Assembly: GCA_964472655.1 (NCBI GenBank)
Contig: CAYYLQ010000002.1
Location: 66,295 to 130,294, forward strand
Reading direction: 5' to 3'
DNA: 64,000 bases
DNA from: an uncultured Nitrospirales bacterium
GTDB taxonomy: Bacteria > Nitrospirota > Nitrospiria > Nitrospirales > NS-4
The position numbers and the translations under genes were made by a program. This document shows, one piece after another, positions 27,969 to 35,821 of the stretch. Numbering within the stretch: the stretch's first letter is position 1; each line of letters begins with the position of its first letter. The notes beneath the pieces are model-generated. The model saw only the letters and a program-made list of their open reading frames with translations. It did no database searches and had not been told where the DNA came from.

Positions 27969-28796
27969 ATGGCTGGGGAACGAAGCTTCATCGGAATCCT
28001 GATCAAGCGCCTCTTCCTGGGTGGAGTCGCGGCGGTCGTCCTGTTCCTTTTAGGTCGTTTCGTCTTCCACTTCCCCCTCGTGTTTCAGGTCATGTTCGTT
28101 CTCTACGCAGGGCTGGGCACACTCGTTTTTATCCTTCTGGATGCTCCTGCCGTGTCGCCGTTCAGCGGCGTGAAGGCCTTGGTGGCCCTGGTGGCTTTCT
28201 ACGCGGTGATCTCGGGAGCCTTCATCGCCGGCGCCAACTTCCTGCCGCAGTACGATCCCACGGTCGAAAAAGGGAAGATCGACAAGATCGTGAAGCCGAA
28301 GCTGGCGGCGACCGACAAAGGCAAGATGGATGAACTGCTGAAGCGCAGCGTGGAGCTGAACGCCCAGAGCCAGGCCATCATGAAGCGGCTGGAGGCTCTG
28401 GGCGGCGCGGACAAGCTCAAGGCGGTCGGAGGCGACAAAGGCGGCGGCGGGGCTTCGCCCAAAGCGGCGGCCGGCGATCTGGTCGCGATCGGCAAGGAGC
28501 AGTACGACCTGCAGGAGTGCTACAACTGCCACAAGATCGGCGGCAAAGGCTCGGTCAAGAAGCGCGGTCCGATTCTGGACAACATTGGCAGCCTTATGAA
28601 GCCCGAGGAGATGAAGGAAAAATTGCTGAACCCCCGCGCGTGGATGGCCGATGGATTCGAGAAGGAATACAACAAGAAACTCATGCCGGATAAGTACAAG
28701 GAGCTGATGTCGGACCAGGAGATCGACGCCCTGGTGGCGTATCTGGCCACTTTGAAGGACGCGTCGGTCCAGACTCCCAAACCCATCAAGAAGTAA
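27969..28796 (+). CDS. Membrane-anchored monoheme c-type cytochrome
   Basis: Three N-terminal hydrophobic helices, a linker, then CYNCH with a class I cytochrome c-like C-terminus (DQEIDALVAYLATL). Confidence 0.8.
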   Translation: MAGERSFIGILIKRLFLGGVAAVVLFLLGRFVFHFPLVFQVMFVLYAGLGTLVFILLDAPAVSPFSGVKALVALVAFYAVISGAFIAGANFLPQYDPTVEKGKIDKIVKPKLAATDKGKMDELLKRSVELNAQSQAIMKRLEALGGADKLKAVGGDKGGGGASPKAAAGDLVAIGKEQYDLQECYNCHKIGGKGSVKKRGPILDNIGSLMKPEEMKEKLLNPRAWMADGFEKEYNKKLMPDKYKELMSDQEIDALVAYLATLKDASVQTPKPIKK

Positions 28797-28818
28797 ACGA
28801 GCGCCGGGTACGATCTTC

Positions 28819-29754
28819 ATGGCCAGCGTGCAACCAAAGATCAAATCGAAAGTCCGTTGCCTTGACGGCGAGATCGGAGAAATCGTTCACGTCATTGCCG
28901 ACCCCATCTCGCTCGAAGTCAGCCACATCGTCGTCCGCGCGAACGGAACCCAGCGGCAGGTGCCGGCCAGCTCGATCGCCGTGGTGCGGGACGATGCGGT
29001 CGAGCTGCTCTGCAGCGCGTCCCAGGTGGCGGGCTTTCCTGAACACAAGCCGGAAGACTTCCTGACGTCGAAACAGGTCGAGATCCCGCATCTCGAGAAC
29101 CGCATTCACGTCGACCCCGGCGAGTTGCTCGTGCCCTTTCCGGCGCTTGAGAAGAGCTGCGCCCGGCGGAATTTCTTCGCGGGCTTCATCCATGTCATCG
29201 GCGCGCTCATCGCTCTCCCGCTCGTGTGGCCCGTCCTCCGCTTCATCATGAAGCCCATGTACGCCCCGTACGACAACCACTGGATCAAGATCGGGAACGT
29301 GAGCAAGATCAAGACCGACGACATCGGGGTGCAGTTTATCTTCAAGAAGTCCTTCAAAGACTCGGTGTTGGAACGCGAAGAGGACAAGAACCATTGGGTC
29401 ATCAAGGCCACCCCCGAGGTGCTCAAGAAGATTTATCAGCATGGCGACATGGCCTTTTATGACGAGAAGGGCGACGTCGTGTGGGTCAACAAGCAAACGA
29501 TTCCTTACGTCGCATTTGCGGGCAAGTGCCCCCATCTCGGCTGCGGCTACAAGTGGCGCTCGCATAAAACACGCGGGCAGGTGTTTCTCTGTCCGTGCCA
29601 TCTCAGTATTTACGACGCCGCCGGGACCGTGTTGGACGGGCCGGCCCCGCGTCCTCTGGACGTGCTGCCGATCAAAGTCTCTGCAACGGGGGACATCGAA
29701 GTCATCGACATTGAGTACAAAGCGGGGAAGAAAGAGCAGGTTCGCATCCTTTAG
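28819..29754 (+). CDS. Rieske [2Fe-2S] protein with a long N-terminal cytoplasmic extension
   Basis: Rieske boxes CPHLGC (from nt 29527) and CPCH (29590-29601). TM helix FFAGFIHVIGALIALPLVWPV is preceded by ARRNFF, a twin-arginine-like motif. About 115 aa precede that motif. Confidence 0.9.
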   Translation: MASVQPKIKSKVRCLDGEIGEIVHVIADPISLEVSHIVVRANGTQRQVPASSIAVVRDDAVELLCSASQVAGFPEHKPEDFLTSKQVEIPHLENRIHVDPGELLVPFPALEKSCARRNFFAGFIHVIGALIALPLVWPVLRFIMKPMYAPYDNHWIKIGNVSKIKTDDIGVQFIFKKSFKDSVLEREEDKNHWVIKATPEVLKKIYQHGDMAFYDEKGDVVWVNKQTIPYVAFAGKCPHLGCGYKWRSHKTRGQVFLCPCHLSIYDAAGTVLDGPAPRPLDVLPIKVSATGDIEVIDIEYKAGKKEQVRIL

Positions 29755-30840
29755 ATGAATACGCTGTTGCAAAAGGTCTACGATTTCGTCGACGAGCGGA
29801 TAGACCTGAAGACGCTCGAGGCGAAGATGATGAAGGAGCCGATCAAGGGCGGCTCCCGCTGGGCTTACGTCTTCGGCTCGGTCCTGCTGTTCATCTTCAT
29901 CATGCAGGCCGTGACCGGCGTCCTGCTGATGTTCTACTACATCCCCAGCGCCGACCATGCGTACGCCAGCACCCAGTTCATCATTCACGAGGTGGACTAC
30001 GGCTGGTTCATTCTCAGCTATCACTTCTGGGGCTCGTCGGCCATGGTCGTCATGGTCTTTGCCCACATGTCGCAGGTCTTTCTCTGGGGCGCCTACAAGA
30101 CGCCCCGCGAGATGATCTGGCTGATCGGCCTGGGGCTCTTCGGCATCGTGATGGCCTTCGGCTTCACCGGCTATCTCCTGCCGTGGGATCAGCGCGCCTA
30201 CTGGGCCACGACCGTCGGCGTCGAGATCATGGACAAGACACCCGTTGTGGGCGACTTTTTGGCCCGGTTCCTCAAAGGCGGCCCCACGCCCGGGCAGATG
30301 ACCTTGAGCCGGTTTTTCGTCATCCACGTCATGATTCTGCCGGGCGCCTTGATGGGGCTCGCGGGGCTGCATCTCTTCCTCTTCCGGTCGGCTGGGCCCG
30401 CCGGCCCGTTCCGCGGCACCCCCGAGGAGCTGAAGGCCAAGACCGATTTCTTTTTCCCGCGCCAGGTGTGGAAGGACATCGTGGCCATGGCGGCGGTTTT
30501 CCTGAGCATCTGCTCGCTGGCGCTCATCGAGCCGGTGGTCCTGCTGGAAGAGGCAAAGCCCGACCCCGGCGATTACCATCCGGAGCCCGAGTGGTACTTC
30601 CTGTTCCTGTTCCAGATGCTCCGGTGGAAGGCCTTTTCGGGCGAGTTCGGCCAGTTCGTGGCAGCGACGGCGATTCCCGCCGCATTCATGCTGTTGCTGG
30701 CCGCACTGCCGTTCATCGACCGGAGCCCGGAGCGCAATATCTTTAAACGCCCGATCGCACTGTTGTCCTGGACCGTAGTCATGATCGGGATTCTGGTCCT
30801 GACCGTGTCCGCGATCCTCAACCGCGAGTTCCTCGACTGA
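29755..30840 (+). CDS. Cytochrome b (fused b6 plus subunit IV-like)
   Basis: Heme ligand pairs H-x13-H (HFWGSSAMVVMVFAH) and H-x14-H (HVMILPGALMGLAGLH). Qo-site PEWY motif (PEPEWYFLF). The ATG directly abuts the Rieske stop. Confidence 0.9.
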   Translation: MNTLLQKVYDFVDERIDLKTLEAKMMKEPIKGGSRWAYVFGSVLLFIFIMQAVTGVLLMFYYIPSADHAYASTQFIIHEVDYGWFILSYHFWGSSAMVVMVFAHMSQVFLWGAYKTPREMIWLIGLGLFGIVMAFGFTGYLLPWDQRAYWATTVGVEIMDKTPVVGDFLARFLKGGPTPGQMTLSRFFVIHVMILPGALMGLAGLHLFLFRSAGPAGPFRGTPEELKAKTDFFFPRQVWKDIVAMAAVFLSICSLALIEPVVLLEEAKPDPGDYHPEPEWYFLFLFQMLRWKAFSGEFGQFVAATAIPAAFMLLLAALPFIDRSPERNIFKRPIALLSWTVVMIGILVLTVSAILNREFLD

Positions 30841-30852
30841 CGGAGGCCGGGC

Positions 30853-31701
30853 ATGTCCCATCCCGCGACCGCCATCTCCTCCATCAAGCTGGCCTGGGCC
30901 CTGTCCTGGTCGGCCTTCTGGACGGGGTTCCCGTTCAAGCTGATCGTCGCCCTGCTGCTGCTCGCGGCGCAGATCCACCCTTGGGAGAGCGCGGGGCTCA
31001 TTGCGTTGCTCGCGCTGTCGGCACCGATCGATATCTGGGCGTTGGGCCTGACGGCCCGGACCTTCTTCCTCGAACGGCTGGGGATGGAGATTCGCGGGCC
31101 GGCGGGGATCGCGCTCTGGTGGCAGGGCGCCGTCCTTGGCGCCGTCGTGCTGGGAGCCGCCTATTTCGCGGTTGGTGCCGTCGCTGCTGTCTGCCAGAAA
31201 GCCGCGGCGGCCACATTCGTCGCGGTGAAGAAAGTCCTTCCCGTTCCCATCGCTGAGCAGATCACCATCGAATTGCTGATGTGGGCCGTGCCGGCCACGA
31301 TCGTGCTCATTGTATGTCTCCTGATCTGGCTGCAGCTCTTCGGGTGGCGGATCAAGCGTTTCCTCGTCGCTTCCGGCCAGACCAGCCCGGCCGGCTTGCA
31401 GGAGCGCGTGCGGGAATGGGACGGCTGGCGCGTGCCGGCCGATTCGATGCTGATGCTGGTGTCCTTTACCGCAGTGGCCGTGCTCTTGACCGTCGCGTTC
31501 TGGGTGCTGCTGCCGGTGACGACGCCGCACCGGCACCCGGACTATCCCCCGCCGCAGACGGACACGGCCAAGAAGACGCCCAAGCCGGAGGAGCTGTTGA
31601 AAAAAACAGATACCACCCTCGCCAAGGCCGAAGCGGTCCTGGAGTTGCTGGAAAAGGAAAAAGCCAAAGAGAAGAAAAAGCCCGCGGCCAAGGGGAAATA
31701 G
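30853..31701 (+). CDS. Polytopic membrane protein of unknown function with Lys/Glu-rich C-terminal tail
   Basis: GGAGG (30842-30846) precedes ATG 30853. Several hydrophobic helices. Tail KKTPKPEELLKKTDTTLAKAEAVLELLEKEKAKEKKKPAAKGK. No family recognised. Confidence 0.6.
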   Translation: MSHPATAISSIKLAWALSWSAFWTGFPFKLIVALLLLAAQIHPWESAGLIALLALSAPIDIWALGLTARTFFLERLGMEIRGPAGIALWWQGAVLGAVVLGAAYFAVGAVAAVCQKAAAATFVAVKKVLPVPIAEQITIELLMWAVPATIVLIVCLLIWLQLFGWRIKRFLVASGQTSPAGLQERVREWDGWRVPADSMLMLVSFTAVAVLLTVAFWVLLPVTTPHRHPDYPPPQTDTAKKTPKPEELLKKTDTTLAKAEAVLELLEKEKAKEKKKPAAKGK

Positions 31702-31715
31702 AAGGAGAGAGCGCT

Positions 31716-33548
31716 ATGGAACACATACGGAACCATAAAAATGTGTATGCCTATGCGGCGCTTTTCCTGGTGCTGGCGTTTGTGGTCGCGATGCCGGTGG
31801 GCCTGGCTTGGGCCGAGGAAGCTTCGGCGGGGGCGGCGACGGAGTATCGCGACATCCCTGGCATGGGCAGCCGGAACCTGATCTGGATCATTGCGCAGCA
31901 GCACCTGCTCCTGGCGGGGTTCGTACTGGGCGTGCCGATCTTCGCGTGGGTATGCGAGATCGTCGGCGTCAGGACCGGCGACCAGCGATACGACAAACTG
32001 GCCAAGGAATTTACCAAGCTGCTCACGTCCTCCTACGCCACGACCGCCCTCTTTGGCGGTATTCTCCTGTTCCTGCTGATCGGGCTCTATCCCAAGCTGA
32101 TGTCCTACCTCACGGACGTCTTCTTCCCCTCGTTTCTCGCGTACAGTGTCCTCTTTCTGCTGGAGACGGCGACTCTGTACCTCTACTGGTACGGGTGGGA
32201 TTCGATGCAGGGGAAGCAGAAAGGTTTGCATCTGTTCCTGGGCTTCCTGCTCAACGTCTTCGCATTCTTCATCATGATCATCCCGAACTCCTGGGCGACC
32301 TTCCAGGCCAGCCCGGTCGTGATCGCGGAAGGCAGCATGTGGTCCAAGGCATGGGCGGCGACGTGGAATCCGACCTGGTGGCCGGTGAACGTCCACCGCC
32401 TGATCGCCAACGTCGTGCTGGGCGGCTACATCTGCGGCGCGTACGCGGGGCTCAAGTACTTGATGGCGCAGAACGCGGAAGAGCGCGTGCATTACGACTG
32501 GATGGGGTACGTCGGGAACTTCATCGGCGTGTTCGGCCTGCTGCCGCTGCCCTTCGCCGGCTACTGGCTGATGCGGGAGATCTACCAGTACAACCAGCAG
32601 ATGGGCATCACCCTCATGGGCGGGTTCCTCTCCTGGCTGTTCATCCTGCAGGCCATGCTGATCGGGATTTTATTCGTCGGCTCGAACTATTACTTCTGGC
32701 TGGGGATCATGCATCGGATTCCCGGGTCCGAAGCCAAGTACCGGCGGCCGATCCTGACGATGCTGGTCATCCTGCTCGTGTGTCTGGGGGTCTGGATGAC
32801 CCCGCATTCCCTGGTCGCGAGCCTGGAAGAGGCGCGGAAGATGGGCGGCACCCACCATCCCCTGCTGGGCGTCTTCGGCGTCATGTCCGCGAAGATGACC
32901 GTGGCGAATCTCATGATCCTGGTAACCTTTATGAGCTTCATCATGTACTGGCGGGCCGGCAAGGTGGAGACCGCCGGGTGGGCGAAGGCGGCCAAGGCCG
33001 GCCAGGGCGTGATCCTTGGAATTGCCGTGATCGTCGTCGTCGTGCTGGGTGTGTGGGGCTATTTCGTGCCGGCCATCACGCGGATCAACTATTTTTCCAC
33101 GACCCAGGTGCTGGTCGTGCTCTTCGTTCTGCTGACCATTACGCCCTTGACGGGGCTCCTGATGAAGAGCGCCAAGACGACCACCGAGATGGTGTGGGGC
33201 GTCATGCCGCCGCGATCGGCGTATGCCCTTGTGCTCAACGCGGTCATGGTCATCCTGCTCATGACCCTCATGGGCTATGCGCGGTCGTCGTCGCGGGTCC
33301 ACTGGCACGTGTACGGAGTGATGCAGGACACCTCGCAATATGCCTATTCGCCTGCGCTCGGCTACGCCGCCGCCTTCATGGCCCTGAACACGTTCATGTT
33401 CTGCATGCTGGTCGCGTTCATTTTCTGGGTCGCCTCCCTGGGTGGCGAGAAGAAAGGCGGCGCTCCGGACAAGGCGGCCGCGAAAGCAAAGGGCGCCGCG
33501 TCGCCGGCCGTCGGGACGGCTCCCGCAGCGGCGACCGGCCGTCGCTAG
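31716..33548 (+). CDS. Cytochrome bd-like oxidase subunit I homolog (CydA-like), paralog 2
   Basis: ORF 31281..33548 trimmed to ATG 31716, which follows AGGAGAGA. It shares the CydA-like landmarks of paralog 1 (AQQHLLL, FLLETATLYLYWYGW, NVHRLIANV, WMTPHS). It also has extra His motifs: THHP (32853-32858) and VHWHV (33300-33308). About 13 hydrophobic segments follow the signal-like N-terminus, counted by eye. Confidence 0.8.
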   Translation: MEHIRNHKNVYAYAALFLVLAFVVAMPVGLAWAEEASAGAATEYRDIPGMGSRNLIWIIAQQHLLLAGFVLGVPIFAWVCEIVGVRTGDQRYDKLAKEFTKLLTSSYATTALFGGILLFLLIGLYPKLMSYLTDVFFPSFLAYSVLFLLETATLYLYWYGWDSMQGKQKGLHLFLGFLLNVFAFFIMIIPNSWATFQASPVVIAEGSMWSKAWAATWNPTWWPVNVHRLIANVVLGGYICGAYAGLKYLMAQNAEERVHYDWMGYVGNFIGVFGLLPLPFAGYWLMREIYQYNQQMGITLMGGFLSWLFILQAMLIGILFVGSNYYFWLGIMHRIPGSEAKYRRPILTMLVILLVCLGVWMTPHSLVASLEEARKMGGTHHPLLGVFGVMSAKMTVANLMILVTFMSFIMYWRAGKVETAGWAKAAKAGQGVILGIAVIVVVVLGVWGYFVPAITRINYFSTTQVLVVLFVLLTITPLTGLLMKSAKTTTEMVWGVMPPRSAYALVLNAVMVILLMTLMGYARSSSRVHWHVYGVMQDTSQYAYSPALGYAAAFMALNTFMFCMLVAFIFWVASLGGEKKGGAPDKAAAKAKGAASPAVGTAPAAATGRR

Positions 33549-33560
33549 GGGTTGGTGTCC

Positions 33561-34148
33561 ATGACTGAAGTCCAACTGTTGCAAGCGATTGGGATGGGCG
33601 TGGTCGGTCTGGGGGGGGCGATCCTCCTCTTTGTGCAAGCCCGCTTCGTCCGCGTGGTCGCCTTCGTGCTGATCGTGCTAGGGGGCTTTGCGTTGGTCGC
33701 CCTGGGGGTTCCCCAAATGGCCTCGTTGCCGCCCGCCGTGGAAAAATTCGACGTGGCGTCCATCAAGGAGAAGAAGGACCTGGCGGCGATCGGCCAGAAG
33801 ATCTTCTTCGGCAAGGGCCAGTGCGCGCTGTGTCATACGATCGGCAGCAGCGAGGGCCGGTGTCCTGACCTCAAGGGCGTCGGGTCCAAGCTGACGCGCG
33901 AATTCATTTACGAAAGCCTGACCCAACCCCAGGCGTACGTCTATAAGGACTACGAGCACGTCGGCCAGGCCAAGTTCTTCCCCGCCAAGATGCCTTACAT
34001 CAACAAGAAACCGATCGGCTTGAGCAACAACGAGATCCTCGCGGTCATCGCCTTCCTGCAGAATATGTCGGGTGAGCCGGTGACCATCGAATTGTCCGAG
34101 ATTGAGGCGCCCAGTTCCGTAAGCGCGGAGAGGAGGAAAGGCCTATGA
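33561..34148 (+). CDS. Membrane-anchored monoheme c-type cytochrome
   Basis: Two N-terminal hydrophobic helices, then CALCH. The C-terminus resembles a class I cytochrome c (ILAVIAFLQNM). TTG 33552 and GTG 33555 are alternative starts. Confidence 0.75.
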   Translation: MTEVQLLQAIGMGVVGLGGAILLFVQARFVRVVAFVLIVLGGFALVALGVPQMASLPPAVEKFDVASIKEKKDLAAIGQKIFFGKGQCALCHTIGSSEGRCPDLKGVGSKLTREFIYESLTQPQAYVYKDYEHVGQAKFFPAKMPYINKKPIGLSNNEILAVIAFLQNMSGEPVTIELSEIEAPSSVSAERRKGL

Positions 34149-34867
34149 GAGGGTCCTCACTGGCGATCAAGGGGGCCATTCTGCTGGCGGCGGTGTTCGC
34201 GGTGCTGAAGTTCATCCTGCCGCTCTTTACCGCGCCCTTGCCCATGAGTCTCATCTGGCTGTATTTGTTTTTGGCCACCGTCGGCATCGTCGTGTACGGC
34301 ACGCTCAGTGGCGAGTCCACGGAGCAATTGATGGGTCCCATCTTCCGGTTTCTAAGCGGGGAAGGGTTGAACGGGGTGGCCCGATATGCCCGTCTCACGG
34401 TCCTGGTGCTGTTCCCGCTCCTCGTGGGCTGGGAAACTTACAGCGGCCTCGTGCCCAGCAGCCAGCCGCCCGCCGAGAACCGGACCATCCACCCGGCGCC
34501 TCCCGGAGAGTTCGTGGGGCTGTCCAATCCCCTGCCCAACACGCCGGAGAATGTGATGATGGGAAAGGGGCTCTATTCCGCCTTCTGTTCGCCCTGCCAC
34601 GGCGCGAAGTTCAACGGCAACGGTCCGGCCTCCGACGGGTTCAACCCGCCGCCGGCCAACTTCTCCGATCCCGGCACCATCGCCATGCTCCAGGAGTCCT
34701 ACCTGTTCTGGCGCATCAAAAAGGGCGGGGTGGGGCTGTCGGTCGAGGGCCATCCGTGGAAATCGGCCATGCCGCGCTGGGAAGTGGAACTGCCCGACGA
34801 CTGGATATGGAAGATCATCATGGCGGAATATGCCGGAGCCGGGCAGAAGCCCAGGACGTGGGAGTAA
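34145..34867 (+). CDS. Membrane-anchored monoheme c-type cytochrome
   Basis: ATGA overlap with the upstream gene. Three hydrophobic helices, then CSPCH with distal Met candidates (KSAMPRW). Confidence 0.8.
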   Translation: MRGSSLAIKGAILLAAVFAVLKFILPLFTAPLPMSLIWLYLFLATVGIVVYGTLSGESTEQLMGPIFRFLSGEGLNGVARYARLTVLVLFPLLVGWETYSGLVPSSQPPAENRTIHPAPPGEFVGLSNPLPNTPENVMMGKGLYSAFCSPCHGAKFNGNGPASDGFNPPPANFSDPGTIAMLQESYLFWRIKKGGVGLSVEGHPWKSAMPRWEVELPDDWIWKIIMAEYAGAGQKPRTWE

Positions 34868-34870
34868 GCG

Positions 34871-35821
34871 ATGAGAACGGTTCCATCACGATACGGGATG
34901 GTGGCTCTCTTGGCCGTTGCGGCGGGCCTGCTGTGGGTCGCGTCGGCGCTCTCGCAAGAGACCGTCGTCGTTCGCGCGAAGCTGATCCAAGGCGAGGTGC
35001 CGACGGATCCGTCCGCGTCGATCTGGGGCACGATCCCGGCGACCGAGTTCCCGATGTCACCCCAGGTCCATTGGCAGAAACGCATCGGGTCGGTGACGGT
35101 CAAGTCCATCAAGGTGCGGGCCGTCCATAACAATAAGCAGATCTCGTTCCTCGTCGAATACGCGGATCCGACCCAGGACCCGGCCGACGCCGCGGCGCTG
35201 GAGTTCATGGTGGGCGACAAGAAGGCCCACTTTGCCCACGGACAGCCCATGGGGCAGGTGGAAGGCGGGCCGGTCAACATCTGGTACTGGCGAAACGACG
35301 CGCCGGCGGCTCTGGACATGAGCGCGCAGGGCTTCGGGACGCTGAAGAAGCAGGCTCAGCAGGACGTTCAGGCGAAAGGCGTCTGGAAAGACGAGAAGAC
35401 CAAGATCAAGTTCAAGGAACGCAAGCTGAATCCCCGCAAGGGCGACAAAGGCGAGGTGCTCAAGGATCCGAAGACGGGCGATCCGCTCTTTGATGAAGAG
35501 ACGAAGGTGGTCGAACAGGACGTAAGCGGCGTGTGGCGCATTGTGTTTACCCGCGCGCTGACCACCACCGACAAGGAGGACGTCCAGATTCAGACAGGGA
35601 CGTTCCCAAACGTCGCCTTCGCGGTGTGGGACGGCAAGAAGCTGGAGAGTGGCGATCTGAAGGAGTCGGGCTCGCAAAAGGCTATCACGTCCTGGTGGTA
35701 CATCAACGCGGAGCCGCCGCCGGATTATTCGATTTATTTGTACGGCCTCATGGCGGTCGTGCTGGCCGCGGGGGTGGAGTTCGTCATCATCCGGAAGGTG
35801 AAGAAGGGGCAGCCGGCGTGA
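34871..35821 (+). CDS. EB_dh-type (ethylbenzene dehydrogenase gamma-like) heme-b binding protein with C-terminal membrane anchor, NxrC-like
   Basis: Signal peptide (GMVALLAVAAGLLWVASALS). The soluble domain resembles, by eye, the gamma subunits of type II DMSO-reductase-family enzymes (WGTIPATEFPMSPQVHW, NIWYWRND, VAFAVWDG). C-terminal TM IYLYGLMAVVLAAGVEFVII followed by a basic tail. Confidence 0.6.
   Translation: MRTVPSRYGMVALLAVAAGLLWVASALSQETVVVRAKLIQGEVPTDPSASIWGTIPATEFPMSPQVHWQKRIGSVTVKSIKVRAVHNNKQISFLVEYADPTQDPADAAALEFMVGDKKAHFAHGQPMGQVEGGPVNIWYWRNDAPAALDMSAQGFGTLKKQAQQDVQAKGVWKDEKTKIKFKERKLNPRKGDKGEVLKDPKTGDPLFDEETKVVEQDVSGVWRIVFTRALTTTDKEDVQIQTGTFPNVAFAVWDGKKLESGDLKESGSQKAITSWWYINAEPPPDYSIYLYGLMAVVLAAGVEFVIIRKVKKGQPA

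Noticed and set aside
28786-31536. 916-aa ORF on the minus strand across the Rieske, cytochrome b and membrane-protein genes
   Set aside because: The reasoning is the same. It is antisense to genes with clear Rieske, b-heme and PEWY motifs, and its composition is low-complexity (R/H/G/P/D/E-rich).
31281-31715. Upstream extension of the bd-like paralog 2 ORF (track start 31281) and the alternative-frame 586-aa ORF 31808..33568
   Set aside because: The extension overlaps the preceding membrane-protein gene in another frame and is Arg/Ala/Gly-rich. ATG 31716 has a strong AGGAGAGA RBS and begins a signal-like sequence. The +1-frame ORF has no motifs and overlaps a frame with CydA landmarks.
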